From NCBI GenBank assembly GCA_965205655.1, contig CBDBIJ010000105.1:1-24160 (forward strand): a stretch of 24,160 nt of DNA, read 5' to 3'. The position numbers and the translations under genes were made by a program. The notes below the pieces were generated by a model. That model ran no database searches. It was given only the letters and a program-made list of their open reading frames with translations, and was not told where the DNA came from. This DNA comes from Candidatus Latescibacterota bacterium. Its GTDB lineage: Bacteria; Latescibacterota; UBA2968; UBA8231. Below are positions 9,988-19,106 of this stretch, piece by piece. The stretch's first letter is position 1. Each line of letters opens with the position of its first letter.

Positions 9988-10014
9988 CACCGACTTTCTT
10001 GCCGCCCGCTATCC

Positions 10015-11715
10015 TCAGTGGTCTCCGGGCACGGCTTGCCTTGGGCTGGCGCCCGGTTTGTGCAGGCGCTTCACGTGCGGGTCGATCTCGACGGCCCGGG
10101 TGAGCGATTGGAATGCCTCTTCTTTGAGCCCGCTGTTGCGCTGCGCGAGTCCCAGATTCAACCACACCTCGGCTCGCCCGCCCGCACTCGAGGCCAACGC
10201 CCGTTCGTACAGGCGAATGGCCTCTTCATAGTTCCCGATCGCGGCAAAGGTGAGCCCGAGATTGTTGAGCGCCTCGACCGAGCTCGGTTCGACTTGCAGA
10301 GCCGCGCCCAGAGCCCGAGCCGCATCGTCGAGACGACCGATCTGTCTGAGCGCCGCCCCGAGATTCGTCTGCGCCCGCACATACACGGGATCGAGTGCCA
10401 CCGCACGCTCATACGACGTGAGAGCTGAGTCGAGATTCCCAAGCTGATGGTGGGCATATCCCAGGTTGAAGTGGGCCTCCGGCATGAGGGGCCCCTGCCG
10501 AGAGGCGTCGGCCCACAAGGTGATCTCGTCCTTCCAGCGGGCGTCTCGCTGGAAGGAGAGCACCCCAAGCAGTGGAATCACGGCATAGATCGGCCACCGG
10601 CGTGGTGCTGAAGCGGCGCAGAATGCCAATACCAGAGTCAGTCCCACCAAAGCGAGGTAGGGCCGGTGATCGTTGACGAGAATATTGAGTGGGATGAGGC
10701 TCGTCGGTGCGAGAATGAGAAAGAACCAGCCTGTCCCGAGAGAGAAATGGGCCACAAGCCGACGCAGGCGGAAAACGAGGAATAGCAGCGAAGAGACGAC
10801 ACCAATCCCCAGAAGCGGGACAACTTGAACAAGAGAGCGCGACTCCAGAAACTGCTGGCTCACACTCAGCCTCACGGGAACGAGTGTCAAGGCTACATAA
10901 TGTACCAGTGCCTTCGATTGGGTTGCCAACTGACTCGACGCAGTCCTGACCTGGGCTGAGGGAGAGTCTGATATGACTCCAGTAATTGATTGGTGTAGAA
11001 TAAGATATACTGCAAGGACTACCCAGTAGGGGAGGTGGGACTTCAGGCGTTTCGGAATCCCGAGTGGAGGCCAATGGGCTCCATTGGTCCGTTGTCGCCT
11101 CGAGTGGAAGGAGTCGCACAGCAGCAGCGCGAGGGGTAGAGTAACGGCGATTTCCTTACTCAGGAGAGCGAGCGAGAAAAGGCTCAGAGAGGCTCCCTGC
11201 CAGGTTCGACGATACTCCAGCGATCTCGTGGCGCGCAGATAGCAGGCCAGCGAGGCGAGATAGAACAGGGCGGCCATGGATTCGGATCTGGCACTGACAA
11301 AGTTGACGGCCTCCGTCTGCACCGGGTGGAGCCCGAAGAACAGCCCGCCGAAGAAGCTAATAGATTGCGGCACACCGAATTGTAACAGAACGATAAAAAC
11401 GAGTGCGGCCACCAGGCAGTGAATGCCGAGATTGGTGGCCAGGTACCCTGAGGGGGAATAACCGCCAAGGCTGTAATTCACCGCATGGGCGCTCACCACG
11501 AGAGGACGGTACATGGCATAGCCCGGATTCTCTGAAAAAGTGCCGGGGTCTGAAAAGAATGCGGTGAGATTGTCGAGGCTGCGAATATGAGGGTTTCGGA
11601 CAATCCCGTGCCCGTCGTCGTAGTGAAAACCGTTCCCGGGTGACCGGTGATGGGCGATCAGGAGGATTGCCGCGATGAGGGCGACGCAGGTGAAGTTCGA
11701 TCTGGCTTGGGGCAT
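10015..11715 (-). CDS. TMTC-like GT-C membrane protein with TPR repeats (paralog 3)
   Basis: FHYDD..IVRNPHI, MYRPL, HPVQTEAVNFVSARSE, SKE, NDHRPYL, W.DEITLW, TPRs. Start (11715 vs 11757) is uncertain. Confidence 0.88.
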   Translation of the reverse strand: MPQARSNFTCVALIAAILLIAHHRSPGNGFHYDDGHGIVRNPHIRSLDNLTAFFSDPGTFSENPGYAMYRPLVVSAHAVNYSLGGYSPSGYLATNLGIHCLVAALVFIVLLQFGVPQSISFFGGLFFGLHPVQTEAVNFVSARSESMAALFYLASLACYLRATRSLEYRRTWQGASLSLFSLALLSKEIAVTLPLALLLCDSFHSRRQRTNGAHWPPLGIPKRLKSHLPYWVVLAVYLILHQSITGVISDSPSAQVRTASSQLATQSKALVHYVALTLVPVRLSVSQQFLESRSLVQVVPLLGIGVVSSLLFLVFRLRRLVAHFSLGTGWFFLILAPTSLIPLNILVNDHRPYLALVGLTLVLAFCAASAPRRWPIYAVIPLLGVLSFQRDARWKDEITLWADASRQGPLMPEAHFNLGYAHHQLGNLDSALTSYERAVALDPVYVRAQTNLGAALRQIGRLDDAARALGAALQVEPSSVEALNNLGLTFAAIGNYEEAIRLYERALASSAGGRAEVWLNLGLAQRNSGLKEEAFQSLTRAVEIDPHVKRLHKPGASPRQAVPGDH

Positions 11716-11721
11716 AGCAAC

Positions 11722-11776
11722 AAAAAAAAACCCGACTTCGCCCTTCACCGTACACATGCTGGGAAGGGTAGAGCGG
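11722..11776 (-). terminator. Probable intrinsic terminator after rpsT
   Basis: Minus strand CCCG..CCCTTC...GAAGGG..CGGG imperfect hairpin followed by T9. Confidence 0.55.
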
Positions 11777-11800
11777 GCTGATTCGGCGGCACCGCCGCCT

Positions 11801-12055
11801 CTAGGCCATCGCCTGAACTCGTTTCGTCAGACGGGACTTGTAGCGTGCGGCCGTCCTTTTGTGGATAGCCCCCCGAACAGCTGTAGTGTCAATGACGGAG
11901 ACTGCCCTGGATAAAGCGGCCTGGGCCTCGGAGTGATCGGTTGCCAGGCGGACTGTTTTGATGGAAGTCCGCATGGTAGTCAGGAGCGCCTTGTTTCGCA
12001 TCCGCCGGCCATGGCTTTTCTTCAGGCTCTTTTTTGCAGCTCTCAGCTTCGGCAA
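11801..12055 (-). CDS. rpsT: 30S ribosomal protein S20
   Basis: GGAGGG RBS, TTG start; AKKS..K..RRMRNK...MRTSIK, ID...RGAIHKRTAARYKSRL. Confidence 0.96.
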   Translation of the reverse strand: MPKLRAAKKSLKKSHGRRMRNKALLTTMRTSIKTVRLATDHSEAQAALSRAVSVIDTTAVRGAIHKRTAARYKSRLTKRVQAMA

Positions 12056-12175
12056 GCTCTCTCCCTCCAATTCGGTAAATTCTTCCGCCGTCTACCCGGT
12101 CAGTCAGCAGGGGGTATTACCTAACTGATTCCGGGACAATCTATTAGAGATCTATTGCCCGCGTCCGGAGGCAGG

Positions 12176-12191
12176 TGGCACGTCGCTTGCT
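12176..12191 (+). promoter_or_regulatory. sigma54 (-24/-12) promoter
   Basis: TGGCAC-GTCGC-TTGCT matches TGGCAC-N5-TTGCW exactly, in intergenic DNA; predicted +1 about 12202. Confidence 0.7.
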
Positions 12192-12314
12192 CAATCAACC
12201 CTCGCCAAAGTCTATGTCCCTTTGTCGGCAGTCTGGATGACGACCGCCCCCCTGAAAAGTGCGGTCACCCTTCCAGCTTCCACAAAGTGCGTAAACTCAA
12301 AAGGGACACAGCTT

Positions 12315-13698
12315 GAGCTTGGGTCAAATGGTGTGTAAACGACTCAGGCGGCGATCTTCTTCCTTTGCGCGATGGGTGATCCGTTTTCGTAGCACTCCCC
12401 GGCGTAGACGTCAGCCATGAGATGCGGTGCATTGAGTCGCCGGAATCGTTTCTCGGCCACCATCAGTACCCGCCAAATGAGGGCGGTGGCATTGGCCACC
12501 TTCCTGTATCGTTTGGCCGCATTGGTTCGCAACCGTACCGAAGCGAAGGGACTTTCGACGACGTTGGTGGTGCGCAGGTGTTGCCAGTGGGCCTCGGGAA
12601 AGTCGTAGAATGTCACCATACGGTCCCAATCGCGCTCAAGGATATCGACGGCGTCTGGACACTCGCGGCGAAACCGTTTGGCGAATTGATCGCGACGTTT
12701 CGTCGCTTCCTGACGGGTCGGCGCGTACGGGATCTGTGTCAGCAAGTGCCGCCCTTCGACCTGCACGCGTTTTGGCAGCTTATCCAGCACGTTCAGGATG
12801 CGGTGATTCCAGCATCGCTGTTCAGCCGTCTCCGGCCAGACCTCTGCCAGGGCCGCCCAGATACCCAGGTGCCCATCCGCCACCAACAACTTCGCCACGC
12901 TCAGTCCGCGGTCACGCAGATCGCGCAGTACGCCCGCCCACGACTCTGTCGATTCGCGATAGCCCGGGACAATCGTCAGGACTTCTTTGCGCCCATCGCT
13001 CATCGCGCCGATGACCACCAGGAGAGCGGCTTTTTGCTTCTCAAGACCGGCTTTGACGTAGATCCCGTCCGCCCAGGCGTAGACGAGCTCGCGGTCATCC
13101 AGTCGTCCAGTCGTCGGCTGCGCCAGGCGTTGTATTCGACGATCCACTTCTCACGCAAACGAGCGATCGAGGACGCCGACAAAGGCGCTCCCTTGCCCAG
13201 CAGGCCGCGCAGCGCCAGCTCGAAGTCGCCCTGAGACAAACCGTGCAGGTAAAGCTCTGGCAGCAGCTGACCTATTTCTTGGGTGCGCCGGGCGAACAGC
13301 GGCAGTACCGCACTCTCAAATCGCTCTTCCAGACCCCGCACCCAAGGGCGTTTCACCTCGATCGTGCCCGAGGTCAAGGACAGTCGCCGCCGCTTCCCGT
13401 ACCCATTGCGGTAGCCGCCGGCTGCGTCCAACGGTGCCTGTCGCTCGTACCGTGACCGTCCCAGCGCATGGGTGACTTCTTCATCCAGAACCGACTGCAT
13501 CAGCGACTGAATCTGCGAGCGTGTCCACTCTTCCAGCGTTTCGAACGTGGGCATGGACATTTCCGTCGTGCGCGGCTTAGGTTGTGCCATGGCGATTCTC
13601 CTCTTCCTGCCGGGATAGCCCCGGCGTTTGTGATGGCTAATTACAAAGGAAGGGTAGGATCGCCGTCTGTCTATTTCCACACCTTCTGATTATAGCTC
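12315..13698 (-). mobile_element. IS256-family insertion sequence (copy A)
   Basis: Imperfect IRs GAGCTTGGGTCAAATGGTGTGTAAA / GAGCTATAATCAGAAGGTGTGGAAA; 8-bp TSD CACAGCTT at 12307-12314 and 13699-13706. Confidence 0.93.
12344..13590 (-). pseudogene. IS256 transposase, frameshifted by an 8-bp tandem duplication
   Basis: GYRNGY, LYLHGLS, WADGIY, DL..RGL, DG..G, QRCWNH, RTTNVVES. TCCAGTCG is repeated at 13098-13113; removal gives WRSRRLDDRELVYAWADG. Confidence 0.92.
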
Positions 13699-13722
13699 CA
13701 CAGCTTTGCCTGAAAGCGCAGC

Positions 13723-13757
13723 GGAGCCGGAGGCGTTCGTCTGAACGCGCCGGCTCC
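13723..13757 (+). terminator. Strong GC hairpin; possible 3' end of the candidate RNA
   Basis: GGAGCCGG-AG-GCGTTC-GTCT-GAACGC-G-CCGGCTCC; no clear U-tract. Confidence 0.4.
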
Positions 13758-14850
13758 CCTAGCCTTCTGTAGGCGAATAGGCCAATCCAATATAAGGGCA
13801 GCGGAAATGTCCAGCAACAGCTCCAGGAGATTTTGGCTCAACATTGGCTCTCGACATGCCGATAGACTATACGATAGCGGGCGTGGCTCGCGGCAGAGGT
13901 TCTTTTGGGGCTCCGGGGGCAGCTTGGCCTGTGGTGGTACCGGGAACCTCCAATCGGGAAATGCGTGAATACAAATAATCCTGAAGTTCGGGATGTGGCT
14001 GCCGATAAGTAAGAGTAAGAAACCAGGTAGCTATACCTGTGTATATGGGGACTGCACTCACGAGGACAGTCCAGAACCGAGGGAGAAACACCCCCTCAGC
14101 GTCAAGAGAGTTTGAAACATAACGACGGAAAAGATCCGTGGGGGCGGATCTCGACGTCTGCTAAGATCGGCAAGGTGGTTGATAGGGAAATCGATTGCGG
14201 CCGATCGCGCTAGTTCGCTTTCAGCAATAGCTGTGTCCATGGAAGGAGTGTTTGATTATGAGTTTTAGGCGAGAGATTTTTTGGACGGCATTCGCGGTTT
14301 TGACGGCCGGATGGTGCGTTGATGCGTTTGCCCAGCCGGTGTTCGAAGGCCGAACACCGCGCGGATTTTCGCCGTCTGACAGCACGACGACGACGACGTT
14401 TGTCGCCGACGAGGACGTCACGATTCTGGTAGACCTCAACGAGGCCGCCACTCAGACGTACCCCGTCATCGCGAACTTCCAGACCCTCGAGAAGAGCGTC
14501 CCGTTCTACAGTGGGGCGTTTCAGGATTCAACCACCCGCTACATGTCGCAGGCCATCGCCGTCGACGATTTCGGGTTCATACACAGAGCCTGGATTCAGC
14601 AGCGCGGCGAGGTGAGCTCGACGAGCACGACACCGGTGTACGGTGTGGTGTACGCGAAGAGCGTGAATGGCGGGAAGAGCTTCCTCGACACCGTCTCCGT
14701 GTCGGGAACGCTACGGTTCGATCTGATCACCCCGAGTGGCACCGGTGCGGTGACCGCGCCGGTGACCGGATTCTCCACAGTCGACATCGGTATATTCAAT
14801 CGGTCAATGCAACATTCTCCCCACTAATCTAATCATAGGAGATGTTGCAC

Positions 14851-16020
14851 ATGGCTCAAATGGGACGACCAGGATTGTCCGCGTCACAGAAGTTGGAGGT
14901 GTGGCGTCGATGGAAGAGCGGCCAGTCGCATAGCGATATTGGTCGGGCGCTCGGGAAGCATCCGGCGTCGATTCATGGTGTCATCACCGCCAATGGGGGC
15001 ATCGTACCAATGCCGCGTCGACGCTCTCGATGGGCTCTTGCCTGGGAAGAGCGTGAAGAGATCTCTCGAGGTATCGCTGCGGGAAAATCGATACGAATAA
15101 TTGCGGCCGCTGTTGAGCGTGCACCCTCGACGGTTAGCCGAGAGATTGCCCGCAATGGCGGGCGGCAAAGGTACCGAGCAAACGTCGCCGACCAAGCAGC
15201 CTGGACGCGCGCCAGCCGGCCGAAATGCTGCCGACTCGCATCCAATCTTCGTTTGCGGCGAGTCGTGGCGGACAAGCTACGCCTGAAGTGGTCACCTGAG
15301 CAGATATCGGGATGGCTGAAGCGGGAGTATGCGCTTTTAGGAAATATGCAGATATCCCACGAAACGATCTATCGAACTCTCTTCATCCAGGCACGCGGGG
15401 CACTCAACAAGGACCTCATTGCGCATCTGCGGACGCGAAGGATGATGCGGCGATCCAAGAAGGCAAGCACACGCGATCAGCCGAGAGGCCGGATCGTCGA
15501 CGCCGTATCCATCAGCGAGCGGCCTGCCGAGATCGAGGACCGCGCCGTTCCCGGCCACTGGGAGGGAGACTTGATCTCGGGGTCGAACAACACGCACATC
15601 GCCACGTTGGTGGAGCGGCAGTCTCGGTTCACGATGCTCGTGAAGCTCAACGGCAAAGACACCGAGACCGTTGTCAGAGCGCTGATCAGCCAGGTGAAAC
15701 GACTCCCCTCCGCGGTGCGGTTGTCCCTTACCTGGGATCGAGGAATGGAGCTAGCTCGGCACAAGGAGTTCTCGATCGCAACTGACGTCGAGGTGTATTT
15801 CTGTGATCCTCAGAGTCCCTGGCAACGAGGCACAAATGAGAACACGAATCGCCTTCTTCGACAGTACTTCCCGAGGAAGACCGATCTGTCGCCATTCTCC
15901 CAAGCCGACCTGAACAGAGTCGCTCTTCAACTGAACCAGCGCCCGCGGAAGACGTTGGGGTTCGTTTCACCCGCAGAACGCTTCAATGAAGGTGTTGCGT
16001 TGACGAAGGTGTTGCGTTGA
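14851..16020 (+). CDS. IS30 DDE transposase (last residues altered by a 17-bp duplication)
   Basis: STVSREI.RN, WSPEQISG, ISHETIY, PGHWEGDL, TWDRGME, PWQRGTNENTN.LLRQYFP, LNQRPRKTLG. Confidence 0.95.
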   Translation: MAQMGRPGLSASQKLEVWRRWKSGQSHSDIGRALGKHPASIHGVITANGGIVPMPRRRSRWALAWEEREEISRGIAAGKSIRIIAAAVERAPSTVSREIARNGGRQRYRANVADQAAWTRASRPKCCRLASNLRLRRVVADKLRLKWSPEQISGWLKREYALLGNMQISHETIYRTLFIQARGALNKDLIAHLRTRRMMRRSKKASTRDQPRGRIVDAVSISERPAEIEDRAVPGHWEGDLISGSNNTHIATLVERQSRFTMLVKLNGKDTETVVRALISQVKRLPSAVRLSLTWDRGMELARHKEFSIATDVEVYFCDPQSPWQRGTNENTNRLLRQYFPRKTDLSPFSQADLNRVALQLNQRPRKTLGFVSPAERFNEGVALTKVLR

Positions 16021-16021
16021 C
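15988..16021 (+). repeat. 17-bp exact tandem duplication
   Basis: GAAGGTGTTGCGTTGAC x2; a single copy would end the protein EGVALTG*. Confidence 0.95.
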
Positions 16022-16178
16022 TGGTTGAACTCGCGTCGTCGTCGACAGCAGGGGGAATCCGCGCGTCTCGTACGCCATGGACTTCTCTCCCGATGGCTTC
16101 AACGAGAAGCAGGTGGCCATCGCCGCAAGGTCAAGGCCCAGTTTCAGTTGAAACAAATCACAGGCTCGGGTGAGTGTG

Positions 16179-17450
16179 TCAGCCCATCATCGCGAGCTGT
16201 TTGATGCCGAGTTCGGCTTGTATGGCTTGCCGGAGCATCGGCAGATGGCGATAGCCCTTGACCCTGCGCAGACGTGGTTCGATGTCGAGCAGTGCCGTGG
16301 CTACCCAACGGTGACGCTGTGATGAGTTGGTCCAGCGTCGCACGTTGTGTGTGAGCTGCTCCAGGAGACTGTTGACGTTCTCGATGCAGTTGGTGGTGCG
16401 GAAGGAATCCTTGAGCATCGGCGTCAGTCCCAACCGATGGAGTGTGAGGGTCTCTTCCATGCCTTCCTCGAGGCTGTGTAGGGCGGACTGATTCATCAAC
16501 TTCAAGCCCGGTTTGAGCGCGTCCAGTGCCGCCTTGGCCGCCTCGTATCTCGGTTTGCCGTAGGCCGCCTCCATCTTGCGACCCATACCGGACTGCTCGC
16601 TCTTGGACAGATACGACACGACGTTCTGGCGCTTGTGATACTGGCAGCGCTGCACGCAGGCATGTCCTTTGAGCACCGACATCACCGCCTTGTAAAGCCC
16701 CTTGGCGCCGTCGATGACGACCAACAGTCCGGCTTCGTACTGCATACCGCGTTCGACCAGATCGGACAGGAAGCGACGGCAGACGCGCTCGTTTTCCGTG
16801 GCCGCCTGCACGAAGCCAAGAGGAATCTTCTGTCCGTCGAGGGTGACGCCCAGGGCGATGATGATCTCCTCGTCCGCGAAGCTCTTGCCGTCGAGGAATA
16901 GCGCCACCAGATCATATCCTTCCAGGGATCGCTCCTGGAATTCAGCCAGCTTTCGAGCCGTGCCTTTCACGTAACGACGGGACACCGATGAGGATGACAG
17001 ACCAAAGGCCTCGGGTACGGCCTCAGCGCAGGCCTCGTAGTTGCGCGTGGCGATGCCCTTCAGCATCCGCAACAGCAGACCTTCGTCCATCTGTCGAGGC
17101 GTCTGCAGTGCCTGGTAAACATCCAGCGGGACCTCGGTATGGTTGGCCACGTTGCGCACCCGCGGCACATCGACGGGTAGTTTCTGGTCGGCCAGGTACA
17201 CCGACCCGAGCTGAGACCCCCAGCGGCGTAACGGCTGATCCGACCCCTTGCGCTGATACCGCGGCCCAGCCAACTCAACGACCGCTCTTTGCAGCTCCTC
17301 CGCGACCGCCTGCAGCCCCAAGGGAATCAGCCATTGGATCGCCTCGATCCGGCCATCCAGGTCCTCTACTTGCTCTGCAGTCTCGGGTGCTACCTTGCCG
17401 ATGCTCACCGTTCGTTTGACGCCCTTCTTCCGTGCTACCAGCTTGCTCAT
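16179..17450 (-). CDS. IS256 transposase, intact
   Basis: GGGGAG RBS; LFLDGK, DLVERG, IDGAKGL, QRCQYHK, RTTNCIE. Confidence 0.93.
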   Translation of the reverse strand: MSKLVARKKGVKRTVSIGKVAPETAEQVEDLDGRIEAIQWLIPLGLQAVAEELQRAVVELAGPRYQRKGSDQPLRRWGSQLGSVYLADQKLPVDVPRVRNVANHTEVPLDVYQALQTPRQMDEGLLLRMLKGIATRNYEACAEAVPEAFGLSSSSVSRRYVKGTARKLAEFQERSLEGYDLVALFLDGKSFADEEIIIALGVTLDGQKIPLGFVQAATENERVCRRFLSDLVERGMQYEAGLLVVIDGAKGLYKAVMSVLKGHACVQRCQYHKRQNVVSYLSKSEQSGMGRKMEAAYGKPRYEAAKAALDALKPGLKLMNQSALHSLEEGMEETLTLHRLGLTPMLKDSFRTTNCIENVNSLLEQLTHNVRRWTNSSQRHRWVATALLDIEPRLRRVKGYRHLPMLRQAIQAELGIKQLAMMG

Positions 17451-17542
17451 TGCAGGCTCCCCATCGTTACCGATGCGAGACTTCTTCCAACGGGCTTCTC
17501 GTATCAAAACGTAACGATTGGAGCCTGTGCTGTTTCAACTAA

Positions 17543-19093
17543 CCTTGATTCGGCAAAAATCAGGCGACTTTTCGTAGAGCTGCGCTGATTTTTCGGAACT
17601 GTTTTTCGGCCTTCTTGTTGCGTTGCAGACGCAAAGTGGCTCGTCCTTCCGGGTGCATCAAGTGTCCGGCGCGGTTGAACAGCTCGAAACGTAGCGTGCG
17701 CACGGATTTCAGGGCCCAGCGGGCGGTATTCTTCCTGGTTCGGTGGCGCTTTATTAGCCCGGATTCGATCTGGAAATTGGCTAGGAGATTGTGCGCCAGC
17801 ACGACAAATTGTTGCCAGACGCTGTTGGCCCGGTAGTCATCCGTGGGAATGGCGTCGAAGGCCAGCCCCGTCTTGAGTTCGCCGATGGCTTTTTCGTGTA
17901 GGCCGCGACCACCCATGAAGCGCCAGAGCGATTTTGCATCGAAAGGTAGGTTGGTGGCCAGCGCGGAGTATTCCCAGGTGCCGTTATCCGGCTCGAACAG
18001 GTCCAACTGGTAATTCTTGCGCGTGGGATGCATCACCCGCTTGCGAAAGATGACCACGTTAAGGGTGCGTTTCCACTTGCCGACCTTGACCGAAGAAAAG
18101 AAGCCGTCGATGCCGTCTTCGACGCGCTGCCAACGACGACGTTGGCGGATCTGGGTTTGCAGGTCCAGGCAGCGCCAGAACGGCACCTTGATAGCATACT
18201 GGGCGCGATGAGCATCCAGCGTCGCCATCACATCCTCTCTGAAAAAGGCGCCGTCCATGCGAAATCGCAGCCGGTATGAGCGCCCCAGGGTCTGTTCGAT
18301 TTGCTCGAACACCGCCTGTAGAAATGGGATGGAGGAAGCGCCATCGTTGACGTTGCCCGGACGGTTGTGGAGCCGGAGAAAATGACCGCTGTCGGCCAGG
18401 TAAGCGGTGATGGGATAGTAACTGGGGACCTTGCGATGATGCGGGTTGTACCCACGGCAGGCACCGCCGACCTTGTGGCCGGTGCACAGCACCGTGCCAT
18501 CGATGTCGATGCTCAGTGTGCGGGCCTTCAACAGACCGATCACCCCGGCGACGACATCGGCGTTGAGCGTTTTCAACGCCTCTTCGGCGCCCACCGTGAA
18601 GCGTTTGAGCCAGCGGCTGACACTGCCGTCGGTGGGCAGGTCTTTCAGACCGCAAAACCGCTGCAGCAAAGGATCTCCTTGCAAGAAGCCCAGATGTCGC
18701 AGTCGACGGCCACCCACCACCAGCAGACCGAGGAGCACCCGACACAGACCTACCATGCCGAAATCACTGCCCGGAACGACGGCAGACAGGTGCCGACGCA
18801 ATTGACGGTTCCATCCGATGCCGCGCAAATACCGGATCAACAGCTCCAAACCGGCATACGAAGTGAGGCCTTCGGCGGTGAATTCGACGGCCAAATTGTG
18901 GTTGACGCGCGTCCTCAAATCCGCTTTCTTTCGTCTCACGGTACGTGGCCTTTCGTTTTTGGTGAAAAGGGAGTATCGCCACTTCCGAATAACCGGAACG
19001 AAAGGCCTTTTTGCTATGGGAGATTCTCAAATTCACCGCCGAATGGCGCGCACTGAACAGCCAAAATTTCACCGAGTTAATGCCGAATCAAGG
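17543..19093 (-). mobile_element. IS1380-family insertion sequence
   Basis: 13-bp perfect IR CCTTGATTCGGCA; 4-bp TSD CTAA at 17539-17542 and 19094-19097. Confidence 0.93.
17560..18939 (-). CDS. IS1380 DDE transposase, intact
   Basis: LTSYAGL, IDIDGTV, GYNP...SYYP, RPGN, RMDGAFF, RG.HEKAIGELK, LAHNL. Confidence 0.92.
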   Translation of the reverse strand: MRRKKADLRTRVNHNLAVEFTAEGLTSYAGLELLIRYLRGIGWNRQLRRHLSAVVPGSDFGMVGLCRVLLGLLVVGGRRLRHLGFLQGDPLLQRFCGLKDLPTDGSVSRWLKRFTVGAEEALKTLNADVVAGVIGLLKARTLSIDIDGTVLCTGHKVGGACRGYNPHHRKVPSYYPITAYLADSGHFLRLHNRPGNVNDGASSIPFLQAVFEQIEQTLGRSYRLRFRMDGAFFREDVMATLDAHRAQYAIKVPFWRCLDLQTQIRQRRRWQRVEDGIDGFFSSVKVGKWKRTLNVVIFRKRVMHPTRKNYQLDLFEPDNGTWEYSALATNLPFDAKSLWRFMGGRGLHEKAIGELKTGLAFDAIPTDDYRANSVWQQFVVLAHNLLANFQIESGLIKRHRTRKNTARWALKSVRTLRFELFNRAGHLMHPEGRATLRLQRNKKAEKQFRKISAALRKVA

Positions 19094-19106
19094 CTAAGAT
19101 CGGGAC

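Larger units (their letters stand above)
12202..13757 (+). ncRNA. Candidate structured small RNA (about 165 nt once the IS256 is removed), family not recognised
   Basis: Nested complementary segments CAAAG/CTTTG, TGTCCC/GGGACA, CTTTGT/ACAAAG, CTGGA/TCCAG, GACCGC/GCGGTC; starts at the predicted sigma54 +1; GC hairpin at 13723-13757. Confidence 0.45.
14789..16035 (+). mobile_element. IS30-family insertion sequence
   Basis: 26-bp imperfect IRs GGTATATTCAATCGGTCAATGCAACA / CGCGAGTTCAACCAGTCAACGCAACA; 2-bp TSD TC; clean excision restores the host reading frame. Confidence 0.92.
14258..16134 (+). pseudogene. Secreted protein (BNR/Asp-box, beta-propeller-like) interrupted by IS30 and truncated by IS256
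   Basis: AAGGAG RBS, ATG 14258, signal peptide ending AFA|Q; IAVDDFGFIH, Asp-box-like YAKSVNGGKSF. Joining 14788 to 16038 gives in-frame FSTVDI-VVDSRGNPRVSYAMDFSPDG. Confidence 0.8.
16135..19106 (-). mobile_element. IS256-family insertion sequence (copy B, distinct from A) with IS1380 nested in its upstream IR
   Basis: IR GGCCCAGTTTCAGTTGAAACA at 16135; the partner GTCCCGATCTTAGTTGAAACA forms only after removing 17543-19097. Flanks AAGGTCAA / AAAGCGGC do not match. Confidence 0.85.

Noticed and set aside
12344..13680. Two-ORF transposase with programmed frameshift
   Set aside because: IS256 transposases are single ORFs and an exact 8-bp duplication explains the break.
14229..14238. AGCTGTGTCC beside the RBS is complementary to GGACACAGCT (12304-12313) in the candidate RNA
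   Set aside because: A single 10-nt match within about 650 nt can arise by chance; needs covariation evidence.
950..19056. Long antisense or alternate-frame ORFs (e.g. 1844-2557, 4793-5728, 12422-13234, 18367-19056)
   Set aside because: Shadows of well-supported genes in GC-rich DNA with no motifs of their own.
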